Origin: Balanoglossus misakiensis
Taxonomy: Eukaryota > Animalia > Hemichordata
Assembly (NCBI GenBank): GCA_040954595.2
Contig: CM082593.2
Coordinates: forward strand, 9,123,200 to 9,187,199
DNA: 64,000 nucleotides
Reading direction: 5' to 3'
The position numbers and the translations under genes were made by a program. This document shows positions 24,018-35,416 of this stretch, piece after piece (positions within the stretch are counted from its first letter, which is position 1; every line of letters starts with the position of its first letter). Under the pieces are notes generated by a model. It did no database searches. It had not been told where the DNA came from and saw only the letters and a list, made by a program, of their open reading frames with translations.

Positions 24018-24877
24018 TTAAGGCGCGGTGGGGACAGTAGGGGTCCGTGTGCCAGCCAAACATATGCTGTCTCAAGACCGCCGGAGGGAAAGTTTCCCGG
24101 GCTTGTCATTGCCACTTTTGCATTCGGCAGAGCAGCAGGCTGGACATGGGACGCTATTGACCCACCCTCCCACCACACATTCCAGGGAATTTCTGCCTGT
24201 CTTTGTTGCTTTATATTATTTATATTTATTGTATTTATTAAAAGCATTGTTTGTATGCTTTGCATTGTTTTCATAGTTCTTTTGATAGTGTAGTTTTCAG
24301 GGGGAGAATTTTGTAGTAAACACAGACAGACTTCAACTGTTCATTAGTATGTGTTTTTGTCAGTATTAAAGTTTTCCCCAAAGTTGTGCCCAATTTGTGT
24401 GTCCCAGTGTGGTTTGTGTGTGAGAGCCAGTGTGCCTTAAACATTTCATACAACACTGCCTACTAACAATAGTCATATCAATCTGACAAGGGAAGATGAA
24501 AAAACACATCTTTTCAAACTAGCTTACTGTGCGGACCAATTTCATTAAGCCCCATTGAACAGCTATATTTTCTTGAATTCTGGTTTTATAATAAACTTTG
24601 ATTGATTGAAATGTGTTTTACATCTAAATGCATCGCTTTGGGAACATTTTCTCGTATGTATGAGATTATTAAATTGAACTTGTATATTTGCTGAGGGCAA
24701 CTAAATGTTCAGTAAAGATGAGGAATGCTCAATGTTTGGATTGTCTTCAAAAAGATGACAACAACTCAAGTCTCAAAAACTCTTTGTTTTGAATTTTGAA
24801 TTGTTTTTGTTGCATCAGTAACGACTTCACATGTGGATGCCACATTTTGATTCTTAGCAAATGTTGTATTTTGACAG

Positions 24878-25026
24878 AGAGGAGTCCATTCCTCAATCAT
24901 ATCACCCCGCAAACTGCCTGAACTCCAAAAACTTAGCGACAAAGCGTGAAGTACAGATGGTACCTATGAAGGATTATGCGGCTGATCCACACCACATGAT
25001 ACTTCTCAAAGGTTATCAACTTGCTG
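24878..25026 (+). pseudogene. MED25: MED25 VWA exon, frameshifted (copy B)
   Basis: Near-identical to 14106-14254, including the frameshift and stop. Confidence 0.85.
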
Positions 25027-25555
25027 GTAGGTATCTGTTGCTATGCAAATATTTGCAATCATACCATCCAGATTCTAAAGTTCACAGGTCAAATATATAA
25101 CTTGTTTACGTGGCCATTTACAACCAATTCATCATTTTGTGGTTTGTTAAGATTTTTATTACTCTAAATTGGTACTTCCATAAAATGGTTGTAATATTTA
25201 TTACACATCACGTATTGTTATGCGCTCCTGGTTGGCTAATACTAAATATGACAGAACTTCATGACCTCTGCACACGATCTGAGGCTTAAGGAAGTTATTT
25301 TCGCGAGTGATGCAGTGTCTTCTGTTGCAGTACTTTCACAAGCCAAGCATTTTATTCCCCATCATTTCAATGCCTGGCCAATGAATTACACATCCTCCTG
25401 AAAATTGCTGGTAGGTGAGAAATCAGTTTCCATGGTTGCATCCTGGATGAAACACTGGTACAGGTTCAAGACAAGTTTAGTGACATTGTGTAAATCCACA
25501 GAAGAATTTCACATCAACTGTATAATCTTCTATTTTTCTCATGATTGTGTTTCAG

Positions 25556-25750
25556 AAAAATCTGTGTCAAGTGGTGATACATAAGAGGTTGCCATCGTGA
25601 AACCTAAATCCATAGCAACCACTTCAGTGTCTACAACCACTACCACAACACAGCCACTGAAACCCGCATCAACAGTTACCATGTTTACAGCATCTACCTC
25701 CAGTATGACCTCAAATCCTCTCAAATCAACTGTTGGAAGTTCAACTCCAG
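25556..25750 (+). pseudogene. Ser/Thr-rich exon with TAA (copy B)
   Basis: Duplicate of 14792-14986 with the same stop. Confidence 0.6.
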
Positions 25751-26656
25751 GTAAAGTCTCCAGTGTTGCTTACGAGCCATTTGTCATAATTAGACCACCA
25801 AGTGAAGTGTGAGATATAGTAGAATATTGCCATGTTGATCTTCACTACAATATTAGTTAAAGTTATACGTGTATAGCACTCTGTGATCAACGAGTTGAAA
25901 ATACAGCATGAGCTGTAGTCCCCTTCATCAGCTGTACACGTAGAATGAACAGAGAAACAGAGAATCATGGGGTATTCAAAGTAGGAAATATGTGCAGGAC
26001 CAGGTGCATCGATCAGAAAAATTTCCTACAGTGGATTTTCTATCTGAGGATGGTGACTTCATGACCACGATATTGTGCCCTTGAGCGAGGCACTTTACTT
26101 CTCATTGCTCTTGGGAGACTGGCTTTGTAGAGGTGATTTGCACCTGTTCTAGTCTTTCTACTAGACATATTTTCTGTGTTTGCGATTGATGAATTACTGT
26201 CTAATGGGAAATTTTTGTAAACTTCGCGAGAACCAACGAATGCGAATTAAAAAGTCATATAAAAATGTTTTTCAGGGATATTGGTGCAGTTAGTGAAATA
26301 TAAGAATGCGAAATTTAATTGTAGCATAACAGCTGTCTCTATTGATATTGCGAAAATTTCTTGTCACAGAAATTTCCCGTTTTACAGTTCATAAATAAAT
26401 CAACTAGATCTTTTTACTGCAGATGCCACACCAACTAATCATCTGTTACCTGGACGACCAAGTCAAATTGGAAGTCAGTCTCCACAACAACTGTCGTCCT
26501 CTCAACAGAAACTGATTCAACCAAGTCAGCCCCAGATGCAGGGCCAAGGTCAATGGTCATCAATGCCTTTTGCCCAGCCTACCAGTTTACCAAACCAACC
26601 AGTATCCACTGTCACAGCAAACAGGACTCAACAACCCAATGTGACTGTTTCAAGTA

Positions 26657-27808
26657 CAGTGGAACACCGATTATCCGAACCTGTTGGGCGGGTTAGATTT
26701 TGTTCGGATAATTGATTGTTCGGATAATCGATTTTGGCACGTCCGAACAAAGGAAATTGACCACACCATTGGGGCATGCATATGTTACGATGTGTCCCAC
26801 ATGCACATGCATTTTCCATGCACTCACAAAAAGAAGTTAATATAAATAATAAAAGACAATTCGTCTTCTTTTATATAAAAAATACATATATTAAGAGTTC
26901 AAAAGGTTAAGAAAGAAAAAAAGACGAAGTCAAAGCTGCAATGTTCTGATTCGTTCAACATCGTATGTAGCCGGTCATCGTACCAAACCATGAACGTGCG
27001 TAGGCCTTCCATGGCCACGGTAGATTTCGCTAGAGCTGGTGTCTCGTTCTCTTTATCGTCCTAATTTTTCATGCCATGAGTTTATTTCTGAGAAACAAAG
27101 TCGATGATTTCATCATACGTTAATGTTTCGAAGCTGTCGTAGTTCTCGCTAGTCTCCAAATCGTCGATGTCAGTGACATTCAAACCAAGCAAAAGAAGCT
27201 CTCCGCACGAGGTCACTTCCGCAAGTGACGTCTTGGCTGTCATTCATATCGGCGCTGCCATGGTCACCGACCGCGACCCGACACGCCTTCACTGTGTCGC
27301 GGAATGAAGTCCATGCGTTTGAAAAGCCGTGTCTTTGATGTTGACACCTCGGACGATCTCCGCCGTCTGCGATCTCATCCAACCCATGGCTTTCATTTGT
27401 ATTATCAACGACAGTGCTAAGCTTATTTCGGCGATAAATCTACTTCACACTATCAAAAAATTGACCAAAGCCGTGCCGACGCGACAAGTGACTTTTCGTG
27501 TTTTACACTTGAGTGTGAAATCCTAGTGTCGAATGTTACGGTACCCGAAAGTGTGACACTCTGTTGTCGTAAAATGATTGAAATATTCAATGATAAAGAC
27601 ATTTTTAACACGTCCCACCGCCCTTTACAACAGAAACAATTAGAACTGACCAAAGAAATCTGTCCGAAATTACAGTTTTCCTGCGGAAATATCACAGACC
27701 GCCGAGAAAACAGGTGCTTGGCATGGCTAATTAAATGTTCAGGGACCGTACCCGGGACCGTACCAAAGCGTTCGGATAATCCGAAATTCGGATAATTGGT
27801 GTCCACTG
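26657..27808 (-). mobile_element. Tigger/pogo-like non-autonomous element inserted in the Gln/Pro-rich exon
   Basis: TA|CAGTGGAACACCGATTATCCGAA...TTCGGATAATTGGTGTCCACTG|TA. Empty site CAAGTATCCCC at ~15895. Minus-strand remnants NAWTSFRDTVKAC and ETLTYDEIIDFV resemble a Tigger C-terminus. Confidence 0.85.
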
Positions 27809-28198
27809 TATCCCCATGAGACAATTTTGTCCACCCAGGTACAGTTGTGGTCTACCTTCTACTTTTTGAGATTCAAATTAGCTGTTTCTAGTTACCCATC
27901 CTGTGAATTGAAAGCTTTTAATGACTGTATCGCATAGCCTTGTCTTACCATTGTCTACACAGACTATTTATTTTCAAAACACATTCAAAACTTCTGTTTT
28001 GGTTGCAAAAAGCCACTCTGTAAATGGAAAGACTCTTTGGATAATGCCACAGACTCATTAATCAAATTCACTTTTTAATGTGATTAATGTTGATAAGCCC
28101 TAAAACCTGATCCCTTCCTAATGTGAGTATGTGTGTTGAAAATAGGACTTTGAGAGTTGTAAGCTCAACATCGATTCAAAAATTGAAGTCATGAATTA

Positions 28199-29314
28199 AA
28201 CAAGTGACCTATCGGTCAAAAGAGCTCTGCTGACTTTAACAGTGTAATTTGGGCAATGATGGTAATACCCTATAGGTTTCAATTCATAACAATTAATGGG
28301 TGAGCATGTTGTTTTGTTGTTTGTGTACATACATGTACAAAGTATTGAGCATATAATTGTTGTGATTAGCTGTTTGTGAAAGTGATTATGTGATGTTGTG
28401 AAGGGCTGAAGAAAAAGTACAAGGGACTGAAGGTTCCAAGTGAATCAGCAAAATTGACATTTCAAACTAACCAACTTTGAGCTAAATGCTTTTAAATTTC
28501 TCCCCTATCTCATTCTATTGAACAAAACCAAACATAGACATCATAAGTACATGTATATATCCAAATTCAGCTCGATTCATTGTGCTAAAGAAACAAAAAA
28601 TTGAATCCTAAAGAACAACATCAAAAGGAAACACCAAGGTTCTAATTTGCATATTCATGACCCCATCAAAATTCAAATAAACAGAATCAGGTAGGGGCAC
28701 AATAACACACATTCCTACCAAATTTCCGCTCCATTGTACATGTAGTTATGGAGAAGAAGATTTTTGACCAAAAATTCTATTTTTAGATCTAATTTGTATA
28801 TTCATGACCCCATCAAAATTCCGATTAACAAAATCAGGTAGGGGCACCATAACACACATTCCTACCAAATTTCAGCTCCATCGAACATGTACTTGTGGAG
28901 AAGAAGATTTTTGACCGAAAATTATATTTTTAGATCTAATTTGCATATTGATGACCCGATCAAATCTAAATTAACAAAATCAGGTAGGGGCACCATAACA
29001 CACATTCCTACCAAATTTCAGCTCCATCGTAAATGTAGCTAGGGAGAAGAAGATTTCTGACCAAAAATTCTATTTTTAGATCTAATTTGCATATTCATGA
29101 CCCCATCAAATCCAAATTAACAAAATCAGTTAAAGGCACCATAACACACATTCCAACCAAATTTCAGCTAAATATGCCCAGTTGTTTTAAAGAAGAAGAT
29201 TGAAATACAAAAAGTTGACGGACGACGGACGACGGACGACAGACGACGGACGACGGACGGACACTTATCAACCTACTGCTACAGCTCGGCTGACACAAGT
29301 GACAGCAGAGCTAA
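28199..29314. mobile_element. Helentron-associated (HINE/DINE-1-like) element with internal satellite
   Basis: Absent from copy A (~16270). Subterminal IR AGCTCTGCTG / CAGCAGAGCT, short hairpin CAGCTCGGCTG, GACG/GGAC microsatellite, four ~147-bp units. Sits in an A/T run with no clear TSD. Confidence 0.7.
28641..29205 (+). repeat. Tandem array of ~147-bp units (x~4)
   Basis: TCTAATTTG(C/T)ATATT starts at 28641, 28788, 28935 and 29081. Confidence 0.9.
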
Positions 29315-29383
29315 ATATGTGGTTTTGAATACTGGCCTTGATAATGCTTCATATTAACTAGGTTTGTTACTCTTTTTGGACAG

Positions 29384-29567
29384 GCAACTTCACCACCAAA
29401 GATGACTTCCCAGCATGTGCCAGCTGCTGCACTGAAAGCCACAGAGGGTGTCATGCAAATGGCAAATGCTAGTCAGTTCAGTAAGATGCCACAAATTGCT
29501 GCCGTGAATTCTATCAACTCACAGCCACAGCAGAGATGGCCAGGTACAGATTCAAAGCCACAACGAG
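29384..29567 (+). pseudogene. Low-complexity exon (copy B)
   Basis: Duplicate of 16344-16527. Confidence 0.55.
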
Positions 29568-30357
29568 GTAGGTACAGTCAAACCTGTCTACAGTGGCCAG
29601 TCAAGGGACTTTCCTAAACTGGCATTTATAGACAGGTGGCTTCTATAGATAGGTCAGTTAATGTGCAATGTACATGTACATGAAATGAAACAAAGTTGCC
29701 ACTATAATAGAGGTGGCCACAAACACAGATTTGACTGTCATATATGTTATGTTGCCATGGCAGTCATTTACCATTAGTTTGAATATACTTTGCCAAAACC
29801 TGAGGAAAAAATATTCAAGTTCCCCTTTTCGTATTCCCCTATCAATGGTATAATACAACAGTGTCATGGTAAAATTTTGTGACATTTTTGCTAACTGCTA
29901 AAGCCCAAGTAACATTGTTTTTTCAGTATTTTTCAGCGAAGGAATTAACCCTAGTTTCTTGTTCTGCTATGGATAGCTTTATGAAATGTTCAGTCTTTAG
30001 CTTCTATACAAAACTTGTACATGAGTAATGGCCATTGTGAATATTAAATGAACTCAGACGAGAATTCATTTTTCAACAATAACAATGCTGATCAATATAT
30101 AAAACGCCTTTGTTTGAAAACCAAACTCTGAATAAATTCTTAATGTTTTACAGAGTAGAATAAAGTATTATTACATATGTACCGTCGATTACTTGCACCG
30201 AGCGCGCGCGTAACATCGGTACTTGCACTCAGTGCAATACCAAAAACATTATGCCATACCTGTATGCAAATGAGTGGCCTGTTCACGAAACAAGCAATAT
30301 CATTCCGCGGTCTCATTTCTTTAATTTTCGGTATTTTTTTCAAAATGGGATGAACAT

Positions 30358-30570
30358 ATGTAATAAAAACAAAACCCCATGTCTCAATCGTGCCAGCACG
30401 GCGTACCGGTAGTATTTGCACTCGTGCTGGCGGTGTATTCTTGCTGCCCCCCGCACTCGCTGTCGCTCGTGCGGAGGACGGGCGCATGAATACACCGCCA
30501 GACACTCGATGCAAATACTACCGTTACGCCGTGCTTGCACGATCGAGCCATGGGGTTCTGTCATATTACA
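30358..30570. repeat. Long imperfect palindrome (Crypton-like non-autonomous style); copy at ~36460-36673
   Basis: AACCCCATGTCTCAATCGTGC...GCACGATCGAGCCATGGGGTT arms. Confidence 0.6.
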
Positions 30571-31309
30571 GCTGATATCCAAAGTTAAGGTTGAAGTTAT
30601 TGACGTTTTAATACTACTGTGTTTACTTATCAGCAGGTATGCAGTCAACGATGCGAACAGGAGTGCAGTCAACACAACCGACAGTACCTAATGTGAGCGA
30701 CAGCAAAAATCCACCTGTCACCACTGGCACCTGGATGTTGTTCCAACTCTGACACAGCCACAAGTACATGTACAAAACCAGTCATTGGTATGTTATGTTA
30801 TGAGCTGAGTTATAATACCCACCTATCCCTTTTTCCTGGCAAGTGACAGTTTATCACTTTTCAGTATTTCAATGGAACTGTATTTGGATAATTTGTTACC
30901 TAACATGACATCAGAAGATGGCAGCTTGATGTCTTAACTGAGGACATTGGATGACCAGTAGATAAAGATTTTCTTTGATATCAATGACATCAGACGCAGT
31001 TCCGTTGGCATTCAAATTTCCAGCTGACGGGGAATTTCAGCAACGTGGTGCAAATGACGACTGTGCAGATGAATACCAAGATGCTGTTGAGGCACCATGC
31101 CTGATACATATTACCTGTCTGGTGGTTCTAAAGTATAAACACATCCGGAAAAAAATATTTTACGGGATACCAATTGAGACAAATTATTCCCGTCTTGTTA
31201 TAAATCTGAGCCCAGGTGTCTTTGGTGTGAGATTCCAGTAGTCAAGAGTAGGCTTATCTTGAATAATGTAATGCTTGTAAATAATTTATAATTTCTTCTT
31301 ACCCTCCAG

Positions 31310-31428
31310 ATATGAATGTCACAGTGGTGGAAATGCGTGCCAACACTATTGTCAGAATACCCATGGTAGTTATCTCTGTGCTTGCAGACCAGGATACTAT
31401 CTGCTGGAGGATGGCTATGCATGTGGCG
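31310..31428 (+). pseudogene. cbEGF exon type D, 4-bp deletion
   Basis: ctccag/gtatgt sites. ECHSGGNACQHYCQNTHGSYLCACRPGYYLLEDGYACG. Lacks GAAT relative to the intact copy at 42612. Confidence 0.85.
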
Positions 31429-32178
31429 GTATGTAACTGTGGATATTGATCTCTTCTGTGGCTACACTGTTTGGGGATTATATATTGCTATGGTTACAAT
31501 CAGCTAAACACACATCCTGTCAGTCCATTGCACACATTTTAAAATTTGAAATCAACCGCACACTCGTACTGAACACATGTTTGTTGAAATTGTATCTCAG
31601 AATTTTTCCATTTATAATTATGCATAATATAAACAAATTAACAAATGTGAAATTTTATCTTTGAAAATTTGTTTGCAAGGGTGAAAAATTAATCTGTTTT
31701 TTTAAAAATCAGACAAAGTTTTGCTGACAGGGTACACGAGTTTCAGGGGATTTTGTTAAAATGAGAATGATAGAGAGTGTTAAAATTCTTAGATTCTGAG
31801 ATTGCCATGGATATTGAGGACTTTGATGTAAAAACAATTAATTGATCAAGAAATATGTGGTTAAGTATATGTGTCATCAACCTCACACTATACTATAAGA
31901 CTGTCTGATATATTTATGCACAAGTACAATTTATTTTCACTACTTATATGCATAACTCAATCAAATTAACATAATTTATCGACCTATAGCTAAATAAATT
32001 ACCACAGCAAAGAATAAATATACACTTAGAAAATTCATATAGTTTTCATCTCATTTTAAAGACATTATAAATGCTTCTCCGAGGGGTACAGTAATTTTTA
32101 GGGTAAGCCTAATTCAAGATTCACGTTTCAAGATTCATGGTTCACGTTCCACAGCCCAAGATTCATATTCTGATTCAG

Positions 32179-32295
32179 ATGTCAATGAATGTATGGAGAG
32201 AGCAGATCTTTGTGAAGGCCAGTGTGTGAATACAGCAGGCTCTTTTTATTGCACTTGTGTTGTGGGATATTGATTGGTCAATGGAGAGTGTACAG
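32179..32295 (+). pseudogene. cbEGF exon type A with TGA
   Basis: DVNECMERADLCEGQCVNTAGSFYCTCVVGY*LVNGECT, gtaaga donor. Confidence 0.85.
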
Positions 32296-32771
32296 GTAAG
32301 ACCAGCACAATATGTGGGCAACGAAAGGTCCTGTATCTGTAACTTTTGAATTTTTATTCAATATTATTCTGGGTGTCACCCATCATTTCTTGTTCAGCTC
32401 GGTGAAGCTAGGTAAGCAATGTTGTTATTGTTATTGTAGCATAACAGCTGTCTCTATTGATATTGCGAAAATTTCTTGTCACAGAAATTTCCCGTTTTAC
32501 AGTTCATAAATAAATCAACTAGATCTTTTTACTGCAGATGCCACACCAACTAATCATCTGTTACCTGGACGACCAAGTCAAATTGGAAGTCAGTCTCCAC
32601 AACAACTGTCGTCCTCTCAACAGAAACTGATTCAACCAAGTCAGCCCCAGATGCAGGGCCAAGGTCAATGGTCATCAATGCCTTTTGCCCAGCCTACCAG
32701 TTTACCAAACCAACCAGTATCCACTGTCACAGCAAACAGGACTCAACAACCCAATGTGACTGTTTCAAGTA

Positions 32772-33923
32772 CAGTGGAACACCGATTATCCGAACCTGTT
32801 GGGCGGGTTAGATTTTGTTCGGATAATTGATTGTTCGGATAATCGATTTTGGCACGTCCGAACAAAGGAAATTGACCACACCATTGGGGCATGCATATGT
32901 TACGATGTGTCCCACATGCACATGCATTTTCCATGCACTCACAAAAAGAAGTTAATATAAATAATAAAAGACAATTCGTCTTCTTTTATATAAAAAATAC
33001 ATATATTAAGAGTTCAAAAGGTTAAGAAAGAAAAAAAGACGAAGTCAAAGCTGCAATGTTCTGATTCGTTCAACATCGTATGTAGCCGGTCATCGTACCA
33101 AACCATGAACGTGCGTAGGCCTTCCATGGCAACGGTAGATTTCGCTAGAGCTGGTGTCTCGTTCTCTTTATCGTCCTAATTTTTCATGCCATGAGTTTAT
33201 TTCTGAGAAACAAAGTCGATGATTTCATCATACGTTAATGTTTCGAAGCTGTCGTAGTTCTCGCTAGTCTCCAAATCGTCGATGTCAGTGACATTCAAAC
33301 CAAGCAAAAGAAGCTCTCCGCACGAGGTCACTTCCGCAAGTGACGTCTTGGCTGTCATTCATATCGGCGCTGCCATGGTCACCGACCGCGACCCGACACG
33401 CCTTCACTGTGTCGCGGAATGAAGTCCATGCGTTTGAAAAGCCGTGTCTTTGATGTTGACACCTCGGACGATCTCCGCCGTCTGCGATCTCATCCAACCC
33501 ATGGCTTTCATTTGTATTATCAACGACAGTGCTAAGCTTATTTCGGCGATAAATCTACTTCACACTATCAAAAAATTGACCAAAGCCGTGCCGACGCGAC
33601 AAGTGACTTTTCGTGTTTTACACTTGAGTGTGAAATCCTAGTGTCGAATGTTACGGTACCCGAAAGTGTGACACTCTGTTGTCGTAAAATGATTGAAATA
33701 TTCAATGATAAAGACATTTTTAACACGTCCCACCGCCCTTTACAACAGAAACAATTAGAACTGACCAAAGAAATCTGTCCGAAATTACAGTTTTCCTGCG
33801 GAAATATCACAGACCGCCGAGAAAACAGGTGCTTGGCATGGCTAATTAAATGTTCAGGGACCGTACCCGGGACCGTACCAAGGCGTTCGGATAATACGAA
33901 ATTCGGATAATTGGTGTCCACTG
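32772..33923 (-). mobile_element. Tigger/pogo-like element (duplicated copy)
   Basis: Same TIRs, TA TSD and flanks as 26657-27808. Confidence 0.85.
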
Positions 33924-34314
33924 TATCCCCATGAGACAATTTTGTCCACCCAGGTACAGTTGTGGTCTACCTTCTACTTTTTGAGATTCAAATTAGCTGT
34001 TTCTAGTTACCCATCCTGTGAATTGAAAGCTTTTTATGACTGTATCGCATAGCCTTGTCTTACCATTGTCTACACAGACTATTTATTTTCAAAACACATT
34101 CAAAACTTCTGTCTTGGTTGCAAAAAAGCCACTCTGTAAATGGAAAGACTCTTTGGATAATGCCACAGACTCATTAATCAAATTCACTTTTTAATGTGAT
34201 TAATGTTGATAAGCCCTAAAACCTGATCCCTTCCTAATGTGAGTATGTGTGTTGAAAATAGGACTTTGAGAGTTGTAAGCTCAACATCGATTCAAAAATT
34301 GAAGTCATGAATTA

Positions 34315-35416
34315 AACAAGTGACCTATCGGTCAAAAGAGCTCTGCTGACTTTAACAGTGTAATTTGGGCAATGATGGTAATACCCTATAGGTTTCAATT
34401 CATAACAATTAATGGGTGAGCATGTTGTTTTGTTGTTTGTGTACATACATGTACAAAGTATTGAGCATATAATTGTTGTGATTAGCTGTTTGTGAAAGTG
34501 ATTATGTGATGTTGTGAAGGGCTGAAGAAAAAGTACAAGGGACTGAAGGTTCCAAGTGAATCAGCAAAATTGACATTTCAAACTAACCAACTTTGAGCTA
34601 AATGCTTTTAAATTTCTCCCCTATCTCATTCTATTGAACAAAACCAAACATAGACATCATAAGTACATGTATATATCCAAATTCAGCTCGATTCATTGTG
34701 CTAAAGAAACAAAAAATTGAATCCTAAAGAACAACATCAAAAGGAAACACCAAGGTTCTAATTTGCATATTCATGACCCCATCAAAATTCAAATAAACAA
34801 AATCAGGTAGGGGCACAATAACACACATTCCTACCAAATTTCCGCTCCATTGTACATGTAGTTATGGAGAAGAAGATTTTTGACCAAAAATTCTATTTTT
34901 AGATCTAATTTGTATATTCATGACCCCATCAAAATTCCGATTAACAAAATCAGGTAGGGGCACCATAACACACATTCCTACCAAATTTCAGCTCCATCGA
35001 ACATGTAGTTGTGGAGAAGAAGATTTTTGACCGAAAATTATATTTTTAGATCTAATTTGCATATTGATGACCCGATCAAATCTAAATTAACAAAATCAGG
35101 TAGGGGCACCATAACACACATTCCTACCAAATTTCAGCTCCATCGTAAATGTAGCTAGGGAGAAGAAGATTTCTGACCAAAAATTCTATTTTTAGATCTA
35201 ATTTGCATATTCATGACCCCATCAAATCCAAATTAACAAAATCAGTTAAAGGCACCATAACACACATTCCAACCAAATTTCAGCTAAATATGTCCAGTTG
35301 TTTTAAAGAAGAAGATTGAAATACAAAAAGTTGACGGACGACGGACGACGGACGACGGACGGACACTTATCAACCTACTGCTACAGCTCGGCTGACACAA
35401 GTGACAGCAGAGCTAA
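34315..35416. mobile_element. Helentron-associated element (duplicated copy)
   Basis: Copy of 28199-29314 with a shorter GACG microsatellite. Confidence 0.7.

Larger units (their letters stand above)
18903..24439 (+). mobile_element. Ngaro-type tyrosine-recombinase (DIRS order) retrotransposon, near full length
   Basis: gag, RT-RNaseH and YR on one strand. Split direct repeats A1 18903-19069, B1 23233-23370, A2 23370-24158, B2 24302-24439. Confidence 0.93.
16826..29868 (+). repeat. Segmental duplication copy B, expanded by TE insertions
   Basis: Collinear with copy A except for inserts at ~17712-24450, 26657-27808 and ~28199-29314. Confidence 0.8.
26318..32180 (+). repeat. Recent ~6.1 kb tandem duplication, first unit
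   Basis: ORF pairs offset by 6101-6115 bp (26628/32743, 29402/35504, 30975/37076) with near-identical sequence. Confidence 0.9.

Noticed and set aside
28641-29205. CRISPR-like array
   Set aside because: Whole 147-bp units repeat with no unique spacers, in a eukaryotic context.
30140-30691. Cluster of overlapping ORFs on both strands
   Set aside because: They arise from a GC-rich palindrome and show no protein motif.
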